DNA of 64,000 nucleotides from Myxococcota bacterium. GTDB taxonomy: Bacteria; Myxococcota_A; UBA796; GCA-2862545. Position numbers and translations under genes: made by a program. The notes beneath the pieces were generated by a model. The model saw only the letters and a program-made list of their open reading frames with translations. It ran no database searches and was not told the origin of the DNA. This document shows positions 50,288 through 60,102 of this stretch, in pieces (the stretch's first letter is position 1; each line of letters opens with the position of its first letter). The stretch covers positions 1-64,000 of the forward strand of contig JBCCQY010000024.1 of the NCBI GenBank assembly GCA_039208735.1. Direction: 5' to 3'.

Positions 50288-52369
50288 CTAGGCCTCCATC
50301 CCCACCGGCGGTTGCCAGGGAAGTCGTACAGTAAAGGTCGCACCCTGGCCCGGCGTACTGTGTACGTCGATGGTTCCGCCGTGAGCCTCCACAATGTAGC
50401 GCACGATGGCAAGCCCGATACCCGTGCCCTTTCGACGGCGAACGTTGGGATCCTGCGAACGAAAGAAGTCATCGAAGACAAAAGGTAGGTCTTTCGCTCG
50501 AATTCCGAGGCCTCGGTCACTCACTACGATCTCGACGAAGTCTTCGGTCGATTGGACGCGGACTTCGGCGAAAGGACCGGTGGCCCCATACTTCGCTGCG
50601 TTCGACAGAAGGTTGTCAAGCACCTGTCCAATGGCTTCGCGGTCGATGTACAGCGGCGGGAGCTGGCTTGGCAGCTCCACGTGAAGCGGGAGTCCCTGTT
50701 CGGCGAACAACGGTTTGGCCGCTTCGATGGCTTTGCGAATGCACCGCAGCGCGTCATCGTCCTTGCGAAGTCGATACCGCTTGGCCCCTCGTTCAATGGA
50801 GGCGAAGTCGAGCACGTTGTCGACAAGCCGCGTAAGGCGTTCGGATTCTCGCACGATGGCGTCGAAGTGCTGCTTCATGTCGTCGCCCGGATCAACCAGT
50901 CCAAGCTGGAGTGCCTCTCCCTTGAGTCGGATTTGGGTGATGGGCGACCGCAGCTCGTGAGACACGTTGGCGGCGAAGGAGGCGCGCTGACGAGCGGCCT
51001 CCACTTCAAGGGCGAGCATGCGGGCGACCCAGACCACCCCCACCACCGAGATGAGGACGGCCATCAGCACCACCGCAGCTCGGATGTTGCGGCGCCGGGC
51101 CCGTGCTGCGGCGAGCGCTTTGGGATCGGTCGGGTCGACCACCACAGCGAACGAGAGGTACCGGGTGAGGTCGCGCTGAACGAGGGGTGTGCGGTTGAGG
51201 CGAGCCTCGGACGACACGATGCGCGCGGTGAGGTCAGGATCGGCGGCGTTGCGTCGTTTCACCCGCAGCGCCACATCCCGTTTGAGCCGCTCCGCCGAAA
51301 AGGAAAAGGCGTACAGGTCGTTGTTCTGACGAATCATCGCCCAGACCGAGTCTCGACCCTGCTGGGCCGCGCTGTAGCGGAACTCCAGCTCGGTGGGCAA
51401 CCGCTGGTTCACCAGATCGAGCTCGCTTTGGATCGATTCGGCCCATGCAAGTTGGCTGTCCCGTTCGTTGAGGGCGCGGCGGGTGTCGGCGAGCCACTCG
51501 GGGCTCGAATGCGACTGCAAGAGGGCCAAGATTCGCCGCACGAGGGCCGGCTCCGCATGGCGACCCAGCGCCCAGGGAGCTTCGGTCAGCAGGTCGGTGG
51601 CAAAGTCTTCGAGCGAGCCTCGGTCCGCCTCGATGTCGACCTGTTGGATGAGCCGAATCTCGGAGTGGGTGAGTTGCCCGAGATGGTCCATGCGGATGCC
51701 CTGCCGACCTCGCAACTCGCCAAGTTCAAACATCTGAGCCGCGCGTTCGCGGGCCGCGTTGAAGCGCTGCATGTTGGTGAGCGCACGAATCTCGCCCAGC
51801 AGCGATTCGGCGGTCAGTTCTGCGCGGGGAGAGTCGCGCGTGAGCTGGCGCCAAGATTGAAAGGCGGCGAGCGGGTTTTCGCGTTCGAGGGACCGTGAGA
51901 ACCGGGCGGCCTCCCGCCAGGCAGCCGGCGGCTCGAAGGGAGGCGGGCTGACATCCATCTCGAAGGGGGCGACGAGCTGGCCGTTGCCGTCGAAACGGAA
52001 CGCGGCCTTGAGGAAGTCCTTGTCGAGCCCTGATAAATCGCTGGTGACGGATTCCGCTCGTTCCAGTCGTCCAAGGGTCGCCGTTTCAAAGCGCTCGAAG
52101 ATGGTGCGGAGGTCGGATTGCGCGTCCTCGGCCATGGTGCGCGCCCGACGTTGCAGCTCGCTGTCGAGCCCCGCCGGATCCGCGGCGATACCGTTGAGTG
52201 CCTGCCAGGCCAAGAATCCTGTGGGCAGGAGCATGAGAACCGCGAACACGATGACGAAGCGCAACACCTCGGAGAGGTGTTGTACGTCACGCAGAGCACG
52301 GACCTTGCCACGGCGCCGCGAGATTACCGCGACGAGCCAGGCGCGAAGGACAGCACGAACCGACGACAT
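50288..52369 (-). CDS. Membrane sensor histidine kinase
   Basis: Two TMs flanking a large periplasmic region; VSHELRSP, NLLSNAAKY, DRGLGI, GTGIGLAIV. Confidence 0.95.
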   Translation of the reverse strand: MSSVRAVLRAWLVAVISRRRGKVRALRDVQHLSEVLRFVIVFAVLMLLPTGFLAWQALNGIAADPAGLDSELQRRARTMAEDAQSDLRTIFERFETATLGRLERAESVTSDLSGLDKDFLKAAFRFDGNGQLVAPFEMDVSPPPFEPPAAWREAARFSRSLERENPLAAFQSWRQLTRDSPRAELTAESLLGEIRALTNMQRFNAARERAAQMFELGELRGRQGIRMDHLGQLTHSEIRLIQQVDIEADRGSLEDFATDLLTEAPWALGRHAEPALVRRILALLQSHSSPEWLADTRRALNERDSQLAWAESIQSELDLVNQRLPTELEFRYSAAQQGRDSVWAMIRQNNDLYAFSFSAERLKRDVALRVKRRNAADPDLTARIVSSEARLNRTPLVQRDLTRYLSFAVVVDPTDPKALAAARARRRNIRAAVVLMAVLISVVGVVWVARMLALEVEAARQRASFAANVSHELRSPITQIRLKGEALQLGLVDPGDDMKQHFDAIVRESERLTRLVDNVLDFASIERGAKRYRLRKDDDALRCIRKAIEAAKPLFAEQGLPLHVELPSQLPPLYIDREAIGQVLDNLLSNAAKYGATGPFAEVRVQSTEDFVEIVVSDRGLGIRAKDLPFVFDDFFRSQDPNVRRRKGTGIGLAIVRYIVEAHGGTIDVHSTPGQGATFTVRLPWQPPVGMEA

Positions 52370-52382
52370 CGCCGGTGTCGTA

Positions 52383-53951
52383 TCACGGCAGCGGCCCCGT
52401 CAAGGTCTGCGCCCACTTCAGAATCTCTTCGCTGAACACGCCGATGACGGCTCCGAAGAGCGTGGCGACGATCCATTGGGCGGCCCGTGCAAAGGTCCGC
52501 CCGTAGTTTGCCGCCACCTCGATCTCGATGATTTGCATCGGCAGGGCTGCCTCGGCGATGAGCCCCTCGCGGACGGTTCGTGAACCCACCACGAGTTGCA
52601 ATCGCCGCGTACCGGACTTGGTCGGGGTGATCATCCACGTCCACTCGGCTGGCTTCCCGCGGACCCCATCGGGGTCGTCGATCCACTGCGTTTCGGGACT
52701 CGCCAGTTCGATGCGGAAGCCTCCGTCAGGGGCCACGAGACGTGCCGACATCGCTTGCGTCACCTGAATGCGATGCGCAGTGAGCGTGCCCTGCATGCCC
52801 TTTCGCAAGGCGTCGTCTCCGATGGTGGCGCCCAACCGCACCACAATGGTCTCGCACTTGTCGACCCGCATGCGGCGCGGGATGTTCTCGACGAGTTCGC
52901 CATCGGCCAAGCCCGGCGGCGCCGAAGGGGGAGGGATCGACAGGGACCGGTCGCTTTCGCCTCCTCGTGTCAGGCCACCACCGGGAGCCGGCCGGGGGAT
53001 CGACACCGAAGGCTCATCCTCTTCTTCGACTTCATCGAAGGTCTCATCGGCCAGGCTGTGATCGCGGCGAACGCGCTCGCCGGCTCGGTGATCCTCGAAC
53101 CGTGTGGGCTCGTCGTCCGGGATGGACTCGTAGTCCTCGAGTTCGGGGGCGGGGACGCGGTCCTGGCTGCGCCCCGTCGAAGGCTCGGCGTGGACGGTGG
53201 GAACTTCGTCGTCGAACTCGTCCACGTTCCATGGCGCGGGCTCGAGACTCTGCCGCCCTTCCGCGAACGCATCTTCGGTGCTGCCCTTTTCCTTGGCGGC
53301 GCGCTTGGGGGCAGGGGGGACCTCGTCGTCGTAGTCGGTCGACGGTTCGTTGATGAGCGTAGCGGGGCCCGAGGCTCCTGCGTCGGGCACGGACGCCTCT
53401 TCGGTCGGTGCATCGACGACGTCTTCCTCGTCATCGTTCGCGAACTGATCCGACGGGGCGAGCGGCGGGGGAGGGGGGGCCTCCGCGGCATCCGGTCGGG
53501 GTTGAAGCCCCACCGGAGGCTCTGGCGCATCTTCCGCCGCTACCGGCGATGCCTTTGGGGGCGGGGTGGGTGTGGTCACCGTCACCCCGAGATCGCGCAG
53601 CCAGTCGGCCACGGGCGACGGTGTTTCGATCAGCGAAGCCACCACCGAGCCTGCATCCACTTGTGGCTGCCCAAGGGCCTGCGCGCGAGCCTCCGCTGCA
53701 GTCAGCACCTCGGTCAACGGATCATCTTGGGGAGGGATCTGCCCAAACGCCGCCGCATCGCCCGTCTGCTGCATGAGACGGGCCACGATCTGGGCCCGCA
53801 GCGTCATCAACGACCCGCTGTCGAGCTGCAACAGGGCTCTTGCCTGGGTGGCGTCCACAAAGGCGAGCAAGAGGTGCTCGATCGTGACGGCGGCATGCGC
53901 CGACTCGAGTGCGACGCGCTGCGCTTCTGCAAGCAGCTCCTCGAGTTCCAT
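52383..53951 (-). CDS. Clp N-terminal-domain protein with acidic/Pro-rich linker and C-terminal membrane-anchored domain (no AAA+ module)
   Basis: LAEAQRVALESAHAAVTIEHLLLAF and VLTAAEARAQALGQPQVDAGSVVASL (two Clp_N repeats); no Walker A; C-terminal hydrophobic helix. Confidence 0.7.
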   Translation of the reverse strand: MELEELLAEAQRVALESAHAAVTIEHLLLAFVDATQARALLQLDSGSLMTLRAQIVARLMQQTGDAAAFGQIPPQDDPLTEVLTAAEARAQALGQPQVDAGSVVASLIETPSPVADWLRDLGVTVTTPTPPPKASPVAAEDAPEPPVGLQPRPDAAEAPPPPPLAPSDQFANDDEEDVVDAPTEEASVPDAGASGPATLINEPSTDYDDEVPPAPKRAAKEKGSTEDAFAEGRQSLEPAPWNVDEFDDEVPTVHAEPSTGRSQDRVPAPELEDYESIPDDEPTRFEDHRAGERVRRDHSLADETFDEVEEEDEPSVSIPRPAPGGGLTRGGESDRSLSIPPPSAPPGLADGELVENIPRRMRVDKCETIVVRLGATIGDDALRKGMQGTLTAHRIQVTQAMSARLVAPDGGFRIELASPETQWIDDPDGVRGKPAEWTWMITPTKSGTRRLQLVVGSRTVREGLIAEAALPMQIIEIEVAANYGRTFARAAQWIVATLFGAVIGVFSEEILKWAQTLTGPLP

Positions 53952-54096
53952 TGTGTACGTCAATCCCGGAGTGCGCGGCTCCGAACGCCCCATCTTGCCT
54001 CTCCCAGACCCATGGTCGGGTGCAGCATACCTCGCGGGGCGCCTGGATACCGTGCTCAGGTACCGCCCTCGGTCACGGGTGAAGTTTCCTCGCGCA

Positions 54097-55155
54097 ATGG
54101 CTCACATGGATACCAAAGGGCTCGTTGCCAAGAGGAGCCTGTTGATGACCTTTTTGTCCCCGCTCGAGACCAAGCCTGCCGCCGCCCGTCCCCTCCTTCG
54201 AGAGTACGCGGCGTGGCGATTTGGTCAGCGGCTTCTCACGGTCACACGGGCCATTTTTGCGTCCTGGGGCTGGCCCGTTCGGCGTGCCTCGGTCGCCCTT
54301 GAGAACGCGTTGATGCACACATTGGTGGATGACGCCGTGGCGGATCCCGCCCGACTTTGGCCCCGCGTGGACGGGGAAGCTTGTCAGGTCGGCTTTGCGT
54401 GCATCGGCCGCGAGGATGATGCGCGAGCCGAAGCCCTGGCCCGCGCGCTGTCCCAGTCGCTCTCCGAAGACAGCATCGGGTTGCCTCCGGGGCCTCCCCA
54501 GGTCACGGACGACGCCTTCTCCATTGGAGCGTTCCAGCTGGAGCGCAACCGGTGGGTCGAACGGGCATGGCGCCACGTCGCGGACCGGGACGGACCCGAG
54601 GCGGCCACCGAAGCGGTACTACGCTGCGCCTTGCGCTACGCCGCGTTGTTCGCGGAGACGCGCCACATTGGGCCTCCGCAGCGTGTCTACGACGACTTCT
54701 ACGCCTGGGGTGTCCGAAACGAGGGCTTCGCCCAGCCCTTCAACGCCCGACTCTTGGGTAAGCCCGGTGCGCGCTTTTTCAGTGCCTGCGCCGATGTCGA
54801 CCTGCCGTTCGGATCGGCGGGCAACTTCTTTACGGAAGCCAAGCCCGATGGCACGGGTGCATGGTGCCTCGATCCGCCGTTTCTGCCCGACACCATCCGC
54901 AAGGTCGAAGAGCGCATTGCGGCGTGGCGAGCGCTCCCCGATGGGCCGGCTGTGTTGTTCATCATTCCGTGGTCCCACGAACTGTCGGTCAAGCCCGACG
55001 AAAGCGTGCGCCTGATGTCGGGCAAGCACGTCTACGAAGGCCTTGAAGGGACTCAGAAGCCACTGCCCGTCGACGTCGCGATCCACCGATTTGGAGAGCT
55101 CGACGGGTTCGACGCGGGAGCGATCCTCGCCGGCTACACCGCGCAGGACGCGTGA
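54097..55155 (+). CDS. PCIF1/CAPAM-like N6-adenine methyltransferase (start 54097 or 54106)
   Basis: LRCALRY...GVRNEGFAQPFN...FFSACADVDLPFGSAGNFF...WCLDPPF...LFIIPW...HVYEG; DPPF at 54871-54882. Confidence 0.72.
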   Translation: MAHMDTKGLVAKRSLLMTFLSPLETKPAAARPLLREYAAWRFGQRLLTVTRAIFASWGWPVRRASVALENALMHTLVDDAVADPARLWPRVDGEACQVGFACIGREDDARAEALARALSQSLSEDSIGLPPGPPQVTDDAFSIGAFQLERNRWVERAWRHVADRDGPEAATEAVLRCALRYAALFAETRHIGPPQRVYDDFYAWGVRNEGFAQPFNARLLGKPGARFFSACADVDLPFGSAGNFFTEAKPDGTGAWCLDPPFLPDTIRKVEERIAAWRALPDGPAVLFIIPWSHELSVKPDESVRLMSGKHVYEGLEGTQKPLPVDVAIHRFGELDGFDAGAILAGYTAQDA

Positions 55156-56639
55156 TGCGAGGGCTCCCCTTCGCGCTGTCCTCGGCGCCGCTCGTCCTCC
55201 TCGCCGTAGCCTGCCTTATCGCTCCAGATGCAACGGGAAGCCTTGTCAAATCAGGGTTCGACCTGTCGGCGGCATGGTTCGGCGGACCGTGGCAAGTTTT
55301 GTTCGTGGCCTATGGACTTGGTGCAGTGGCGCTCGCCGCGAGCCCGTGGGGCAAAGCGCGGCTCGGCCTTGGACCGCCTGAGTACACCTTTGCGGGTTGG
55401 GTCGCGGTGTTGGTGTGCACGTTGCTCGCTGGAGGCGGCGTGTTTTGGGTGTGTGCAGAGCCCATGTTCCACTTCACCACGCCACCCCCGGCCTTTGACG
55501 TGGCTACGGGGACGCGAGAGGCCGCCACGGTGGCGTTGGCCCAGGCCCACTTCCACTGGGGGTTCTTTGCGTGGGCCATGGTGGGGACGCTCGGGGCGGT
55601 GTCGCTCGCCGCGAGCCATTGGCTGGACGGATTGGCCTTTCGCCCCCGGGCCCTGCTCGCCCCGTTGACGGGCGAACTGCCTGAAACGGTCGGACATCTC
55701 GCCGATGCGGTCGCGATCGTGGCCGTCATTGCGGGCACGGTCGGTCCGATCGGGTTCCTCGCCCTTCAGCTCTCGAACGCCGCCGAGGGCTTGCTCGGCA
55801 TTCCGGATGGCTACGCCACGCAAATCGTTGTGTTGCTCGCCTTGGTGGCGTTGTACACGGCCTCGGCTGCGTCGGGCCTTCAGCGGGGCATTGCTTGGTT
55901 GTCGAGGGCCAACGTGATCGGTGCCATCGGACTGGGCCTGGTCGTCTTGGTCCTTGGGCCGACGGGGTTCATCCTTTCGATCGGTCTGGACTCGTTTGGC
56001 ACCTACCTCGCTTCCATTCCGTCGATGGCGTTCTTCCGGGCCGACACGGGCTGGCTGTCGTGGTGGACGGTCTTTTTCTGGGGGTGGTTCCTGGGATTCG
56101 CCCCCATGATGTCCGTCTTCGTGGCCCGCATTAGTCGCGGCCGAACGGTGCGGGAATTGGTGCTCGCCGTCGCCGTGGCAGCTCCCTTGGTCACGCACAT
56201 GTGGTTCATCGTGGTCGGAGGGACGTCGTTGTTCCTTGAACTCGATCAGCCAGGAGTGATCTCGGGTCCGTTGTCCGACGAGGGCATGGCCGCGGCGATG
56301 CTCGCGACGTTGTCGCAGCTTCCGGGTCAGGCCTTGCTGATTCCATTGTTTGTACTTTTGGTCTTCTGCTTTCTTGCCACCACCGGCGACAGCGTTGCGT
56401 TCGCGGTGAGCGTGGTGCTTTCGGGGGCAGATGACCCGCCGGTCGGACTCCGCATCTTCTGGGCCGTGGCGATGGGGGTATTGGCGGCGGCATTGCTGGG
56501 GGTTGGTCAACAAGGGATCGACGCACTCCAGCAGTTCATCGTGATTACCGCGGTGCCGGTGACGTTTCTGGTGGTGCCTACCCTCGTGACGGGTCCGATG
56601 GGGGCGAGACGGCTCTACCAGCAACAGCAGGAGTCGTAA
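55152..56639 (+). CDS. BCCT-family (betaine/choline/carnitine) transporter
   Basis: ASPWGKARLG, PEY, GGGVFW..AEP, FHWGFFAW, WWTVFFWGWFLGFAP...FVARISRGRTVRE. Confidence 0.93.
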   Translation: MMRGLPFALSSAPLVLLAVACLIAPDATGSLVKSGFDLSAAWFGGPWQVLFVAYGLGAVALAASPWGKARLGLGPPEYTFAGWVAVLVCTLLAGGGVFWVCAEPMFHFTTPPPAFDVATGTREAATVALAQAHFHWGFFAWAMVGTLGAVSLAASHWLDGLAFRPRALLAPLTGELPETVGHLADAVAIVAVIAGTVGPIGFLALQLSNAAEGLLGIPDGYATQIVVLLALVALYTASAASGLQRGIAWLSRANVIGAIGLGLVVLVLGPTGFILSIGLDSFGTYLASIPSMAFFRADTGWLSWWTVFFWGWFLGFAPMMSVFVARISRGRTVRELVLAVAVAAPLVTHMWFIVVGGTSLFLELDQPGVISGPLSDEGMAAAMLATLSQLPGQALLIPLFVLLVFCFLATTGDSVAFAVSVVLSGADDPPVGLRIFWAVAMGVLAAALLGVGQQGIDALQQFIVITAVPVTFLVVPTLVTGPMGARRLYQQQQES

Positions 56640-56678
56640 GCCCGGTTCGCCAGCTATCGTGTGCAGCGGGAGGGGCCG

Positions 56679-58013
56679 ATGCAACGACTTTGGCGGGGGT
56701 GGTGCTTCGTGTTGGCGGCGTGTCGGGGAGCGTCGCCGGCCGATCTTCCGCCTAGTTTCGTCGTTGTCGTGCTCGATGACATCGGAATCGACAAGGTTGG
56801 CCGGTACGACGTTCACCCCGATCCGGCGCCGACCCCCACCCTCGACCGTCTCGCGGACGAAGGGCTCTGGTTTCGTCATGCCTTCGCGATGCCGTCATGC
56901 ACGGCGACCCGAGCTGCCTTGTTGACCGGTCGCCACGCCTTTCGGACCAAGACGGGCTCGGTGATTTGGCCCTTCGACACCACATGGGAGCTTCCGCTGC
57001 CCGAAATCACGTTGCCCGAAATGCTTGCGCAGGCTGCGATGCCCTACGACAGTGCACTGGCGGGAAAGTGGCACCTGTCGAGCAACGTGTCGCCGTCCAC
57101 AACCTTCCACCCCACCCGACAAGGGTTTGGATGGTTCTCGGGCTCCATGAACAATTTATGGGTAGATTCCGTCAACGAGAGTGGTGGGTACGGCTTCTTC
57201 GACTTTGAGAAGATCCAGCCGGATGGGTCGGTCAAGATCGAACGCCAATATGCGACGACCGACACCACGGACGACGCGGTGCGGCAATTGCGGCGACTCG
57301 AGGAGCCTTTCCTTCTCGTGGTTTCGTACAACGGGGCTCACAATCCCTGGCACACTCCTCCTCGACGCCTGCACAGCTTCGGCAATGACTTGTCCAAGGT
57401 TGAACAGCACCTCGCCGCCACTGAAGCCGTCGACGCAGAACTCGGCCGGTTGGTGGACAGCATGCCGGACGACCTTCGGCAACGAACCTACGTGATCGTG
57501 GTGGGCGACAACGGTACACCTTCCACCGTCACCACTGCTCCGAGCGACCCTGACCAAGCGAAGGGAACGGTGTGGGAGGGAGGGGTTCGCGTGCCCATGG
57601 TCGTCACCGGGCCGCGGGTGCCACAGGGTGAGGTCAGCGACGCGCTGATCTCGGTGGTTGACCTCTTTCCGACGCTTGCCGCCATCGCCGAGGTGCCCTT
57701 GGAGGATGTCGACGTGGTGGGGCCCTTGGACGGGGTGTCCCAGGCCGAGGTGTGGCATGGCACAGCCGACGCGGCCCGTGCGTCGGTGTACCTTGAGGCG
57801 ATGTCCCACACGGGGCCCGGACCCTGGGCGGTCCATGACCGAGCGATGCGGGACGAGCACTACAAAGTGGTGCAGCGGGTCGACGGTGAGGTTTCGTTGC
57901 ACCGTCTTGACCAGCCGATTCTCGACGATGGGCCAGATCTTCTCGCGGACGAACTCAACGATGAGGCTCGCGAGGCGTTTCTACGGCTGAGCGCAGAACT
58001 CGCTGTCCGCTAA
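56679..58013 (+). CDS. Cys-type (formylglycine) sulfatase, putative lipoprotein
   Basis: LDDIG, CTATRAALLTGR (CxxxR), AGKWHL, HNPWH, GDNGT, KGTVWEGGVRVPM. Confidence 0.9.
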   Translation: MQRLWRGWCFVLAACRGASPADLPPSFVVVVLDDIGIDKVGRYDVHPDPAPTPTLDRLADEGLWFRHAFAMPSCTATRAALLTGRHAFRTKTGSVIWPFDTTWELPLPEITLPEMLAQAAMPYDSALAGKWHLSSNVSPSTTFHPTRQGFGWFSGSMNNLWVDSVNESGGYGFFDFEKIQPDGSVKIERQYATTDTTDDAVRQLRRLEEPFLLVVSYNGAHNPWHTPPRRLHSFGNDLSKVEQHLAATEAVDAELGRLVDSMPDDLRQRTYVIVVGDNGTPSTVTTAPSDPDQAKGTVWEGGVRVPMVVTGPRVPQGEVSDALISVVDLFPTLAAIAEVPLEDVDVVGPLDGVSQAEVWHGTADAARASVYLEAMSHTGPGPWAVHDRAMRDEHYKVVQRVDGEVSLHRLDQPILDDGPDLLADELNDEAREAFLRLSAELAVR

Positions 58014-58019
58014 GGCGCC

Positions 58020-59141
58020 TTAGTCGCATCCGGGGAGATCTTCGATCCATTCACTCACGACCTGCAAGCCCAACGCGTCCGCGATGAGCGAACCTGCGGG
58101 AGGCATCGCGTCTTCGCCTCGACGGGTCATGCGCTCGATGACGATGGAGCGCGCGGGGTCGCCCGGTGCGATGAGCTGCGCATCTTCGATGCCAAAGCTC
58201 GTGATGTCGGACTCGATGCTGCACAGGCCCATGTCTGCGAGAGGGGTCGTGCGTCGCGCATCGAACTCGGACCGACCCTGGAACTCGCTGTCAGGACGGT
58301 GACAAGACCCGCAATTGACGTCCAAGTAGGCCCGGGCGAGTTCTTCGGTGGAGGCCTCGGGGGACTGCCGGGAGGGCAGCGCCTCGGCGGACTCCGGTTC
58401 GCTCGGCGGATTTGTGAACAACCCAATGTGGGCCATCGTGACCAACTGATGACCAAATCGACCCGTCGACGGGTAGTACGTGCCCGTGGCCAGCTGTTCG
58501 GTCCGAAGCCCGAGCGTGATGCCCGCGGCGCGGGTGTGGCACTCCACGCACTGCTGGGCTGACGGAATGTTCCAAGCGCCTGTACCCGTCGTGATGATGC
58601 GGCCCTGCGGGCTGTACTCGGCATCGGTGAGGGTCGCGTTCCAAGCGTAGCTGTAGCCACGCCACTCATCGAAGTACCTGACGTAAAGTCGGGTCTCAAT
58701 CGGTTGGTCGCTCCTCGAGAACTGCTTGACGATGACCGTGCCGGCCGGGAACGACCACACGCCGTCTTCTCCGATGGTGATTTGCTCACCGTCGGGCAAC
58801 GCCAACCATCGCTCTTTGTCGGCGCCATCTGACCAAAATTGATGGGCTGTTTCGTACGGAATGAGACCCGGCAGCGGTACGCGCGGGTCTTGCGGGTCCA
58901 TGCAACCCGTTTGGGAAAGCATGACCGGAAATTCGCTTGAACCTGAGTTCAACGCCCCGAACGCTGTACATGTCGGGTTCGAAGGCCGCTCGTCGAGGCC
59001 ATAGGAAGGCAGCGGCGACCCGGTCTCTGCCGTTGGTTGCGGCATGGGAGGGGGTAGCAACGTAATTGGGCTGTCATCGTCAGCGCCGCCGCCAGAGCAG
59101 GCCACCGCCACGCCCACGATCCACCCGGACCAGGACTTCAT
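58020..59141 (-). CDS. Diheme c-type cytochrome lipoprotein (SO2930-like)
   Basis: VAVAC; LSQTGC, FWSDGADKERWLALP, FPAGTVIVKQF, IETR, CVECH, ARAYLDVNCGSCH, MPP. Confidence 0.82.
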   Translation of the reverse strand: MKSWSGWIVGVAVACSGGGADDDSPITLLPPPMPQPTAETGSPLPSYGLDERPSNPTCTAFGALNSGSSEFPVMLSQTGCMDPQDPRVPLPGLIPYETAHQFWSDGADKERWLALPDGEQITIGEDGVWSFPAGTVIVKQFSRSDQPIETRLYVRYFDEWRGYSYAWNATLTDAEYSPQGRIITTGTGAWNIPSAQQCVECHTRAAGITLGLRTEQLATGTYYPSTGRFGHQLVTMAHIGLFTNPPSEPESAEALPSRQSPEASTEELARAYLDVNCGSCHRPDSEFQGRSEFDARRTTPLADMGLCSIESDITSFGIEDAQLIAPGDPARSIVIERMTRRGEDAMPPAGSLIADALGLQVVSEWIEDLPGCD

Positions 59142-59205
59142 CCTCACACCACCCCTGTCGGAACCCCGCGACGCGCGTTTTATCACATCGATCCGGATAC
59201 GCGAC

Positions 59206-60039
59206 TCACGATCGTTCCTGGCCTAAGCCCCCGGCCGTACGTGTGGCTTCTTCGATGGTGCGGGCGAGTACGGATCGGATTTTTCCGTCTTCCATCGTCA
59301 GAAGTCCCGCGATGGTGCACCCAGCCGGAGTGGTGACTTCATCTTTGAGCGCAGCCGGATGTTTGTTGGTTTGAAGCACCATTCGTGCGGCTCCCTGGAC
59401 CGTCTGGGCCGCCAACTCGACTGCAACGTCGCGAGGCAGGCCCATGCGAACCCCTCCATCGGCCAACGCCTCGAGGATCACACAGGCAAATGCGGGACCG
59501 CTGCCCGACAATCCGGTCACCGCATCGAGATGGGTTTCGTCGAGGATTCGGCACCGGCCTACTGCGGTGAAGATGCGCTGAACCAAGGCAAGTTGCTCGG
59601 GGGTTGCACGCGGACCGGGGGCCAGCACCGTCATGCCCTCACGAATGAGGCTTGGGGTGTTGGGCATGGCGCGGATCAGGTGGGCGTCAGGGACCCAGCC
59701 GTTGAGCTGAGCCGTGGTGACGCCAGCGCAGAGGCTCACCAAAACCTTACCTTGGAGCGCTTGAGCGACCCCGGGAGCCGTGAGCACGTCACGGGCGTTC
59801 TTCGGTTTCACCGCAAGGATGGCGATGTTGGCCATGCCCACGGCCACTACCGTGTCGCGCTCGATGTCGACGGGGTACTTCGCCAGTCGCTCGGCCACGA
59901 CGTCGCGGCGTACCGTGACCACGCGCACTTGAGGGGCTTGTGGCGCGGCCAAGAGCCCCTGCAAGATGGCTTCACCGAGCGTGCCGCACCCGAGGATGGC
60001 CACGTGTTCAGAACCGGATGGGGAGTTGGGCTGGTCCAT
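59206..60039 (-). CDS. proC: Pyrroline-5-carboxylate reductase
   Basis: GCGTLG, LAVKP, RAMPNTP, TGLSGSGPAF, LKDEVTTPAGCTIAGL. Confidence 0.96.
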   Translation of the reverse strand: MDQPNSPSGSEHVAILGCGTLGEAILQGLLAAPQAPQVRVVTVRRDVVAERLAKYPVDIERDTVVAVGMANIAILAVKPKNARDVLTAPGVAQALQGKVLVSLCAGVTTAQLNGWVPDAHLIRAMPNTPSLIREGMTVLAPGPRATPEQLALVQRIFTAVGRCRILDETHLDAVTGLSGSGPAFACVILEALADGGVRMGLPRDVAVELAAQTVQGAARMVLQTNKHPAALKDEVTTPAGCTIAGLLTMEDGKIRSVLARTIEEATRTAGGLGQERS

Positions 60040-60102
60040 GACCGCCTCCTCGGGGAACGGAGCGCCCTCGCGTCGGGGTAACCTGCCCCCGAGGACGTTT
60101 TC

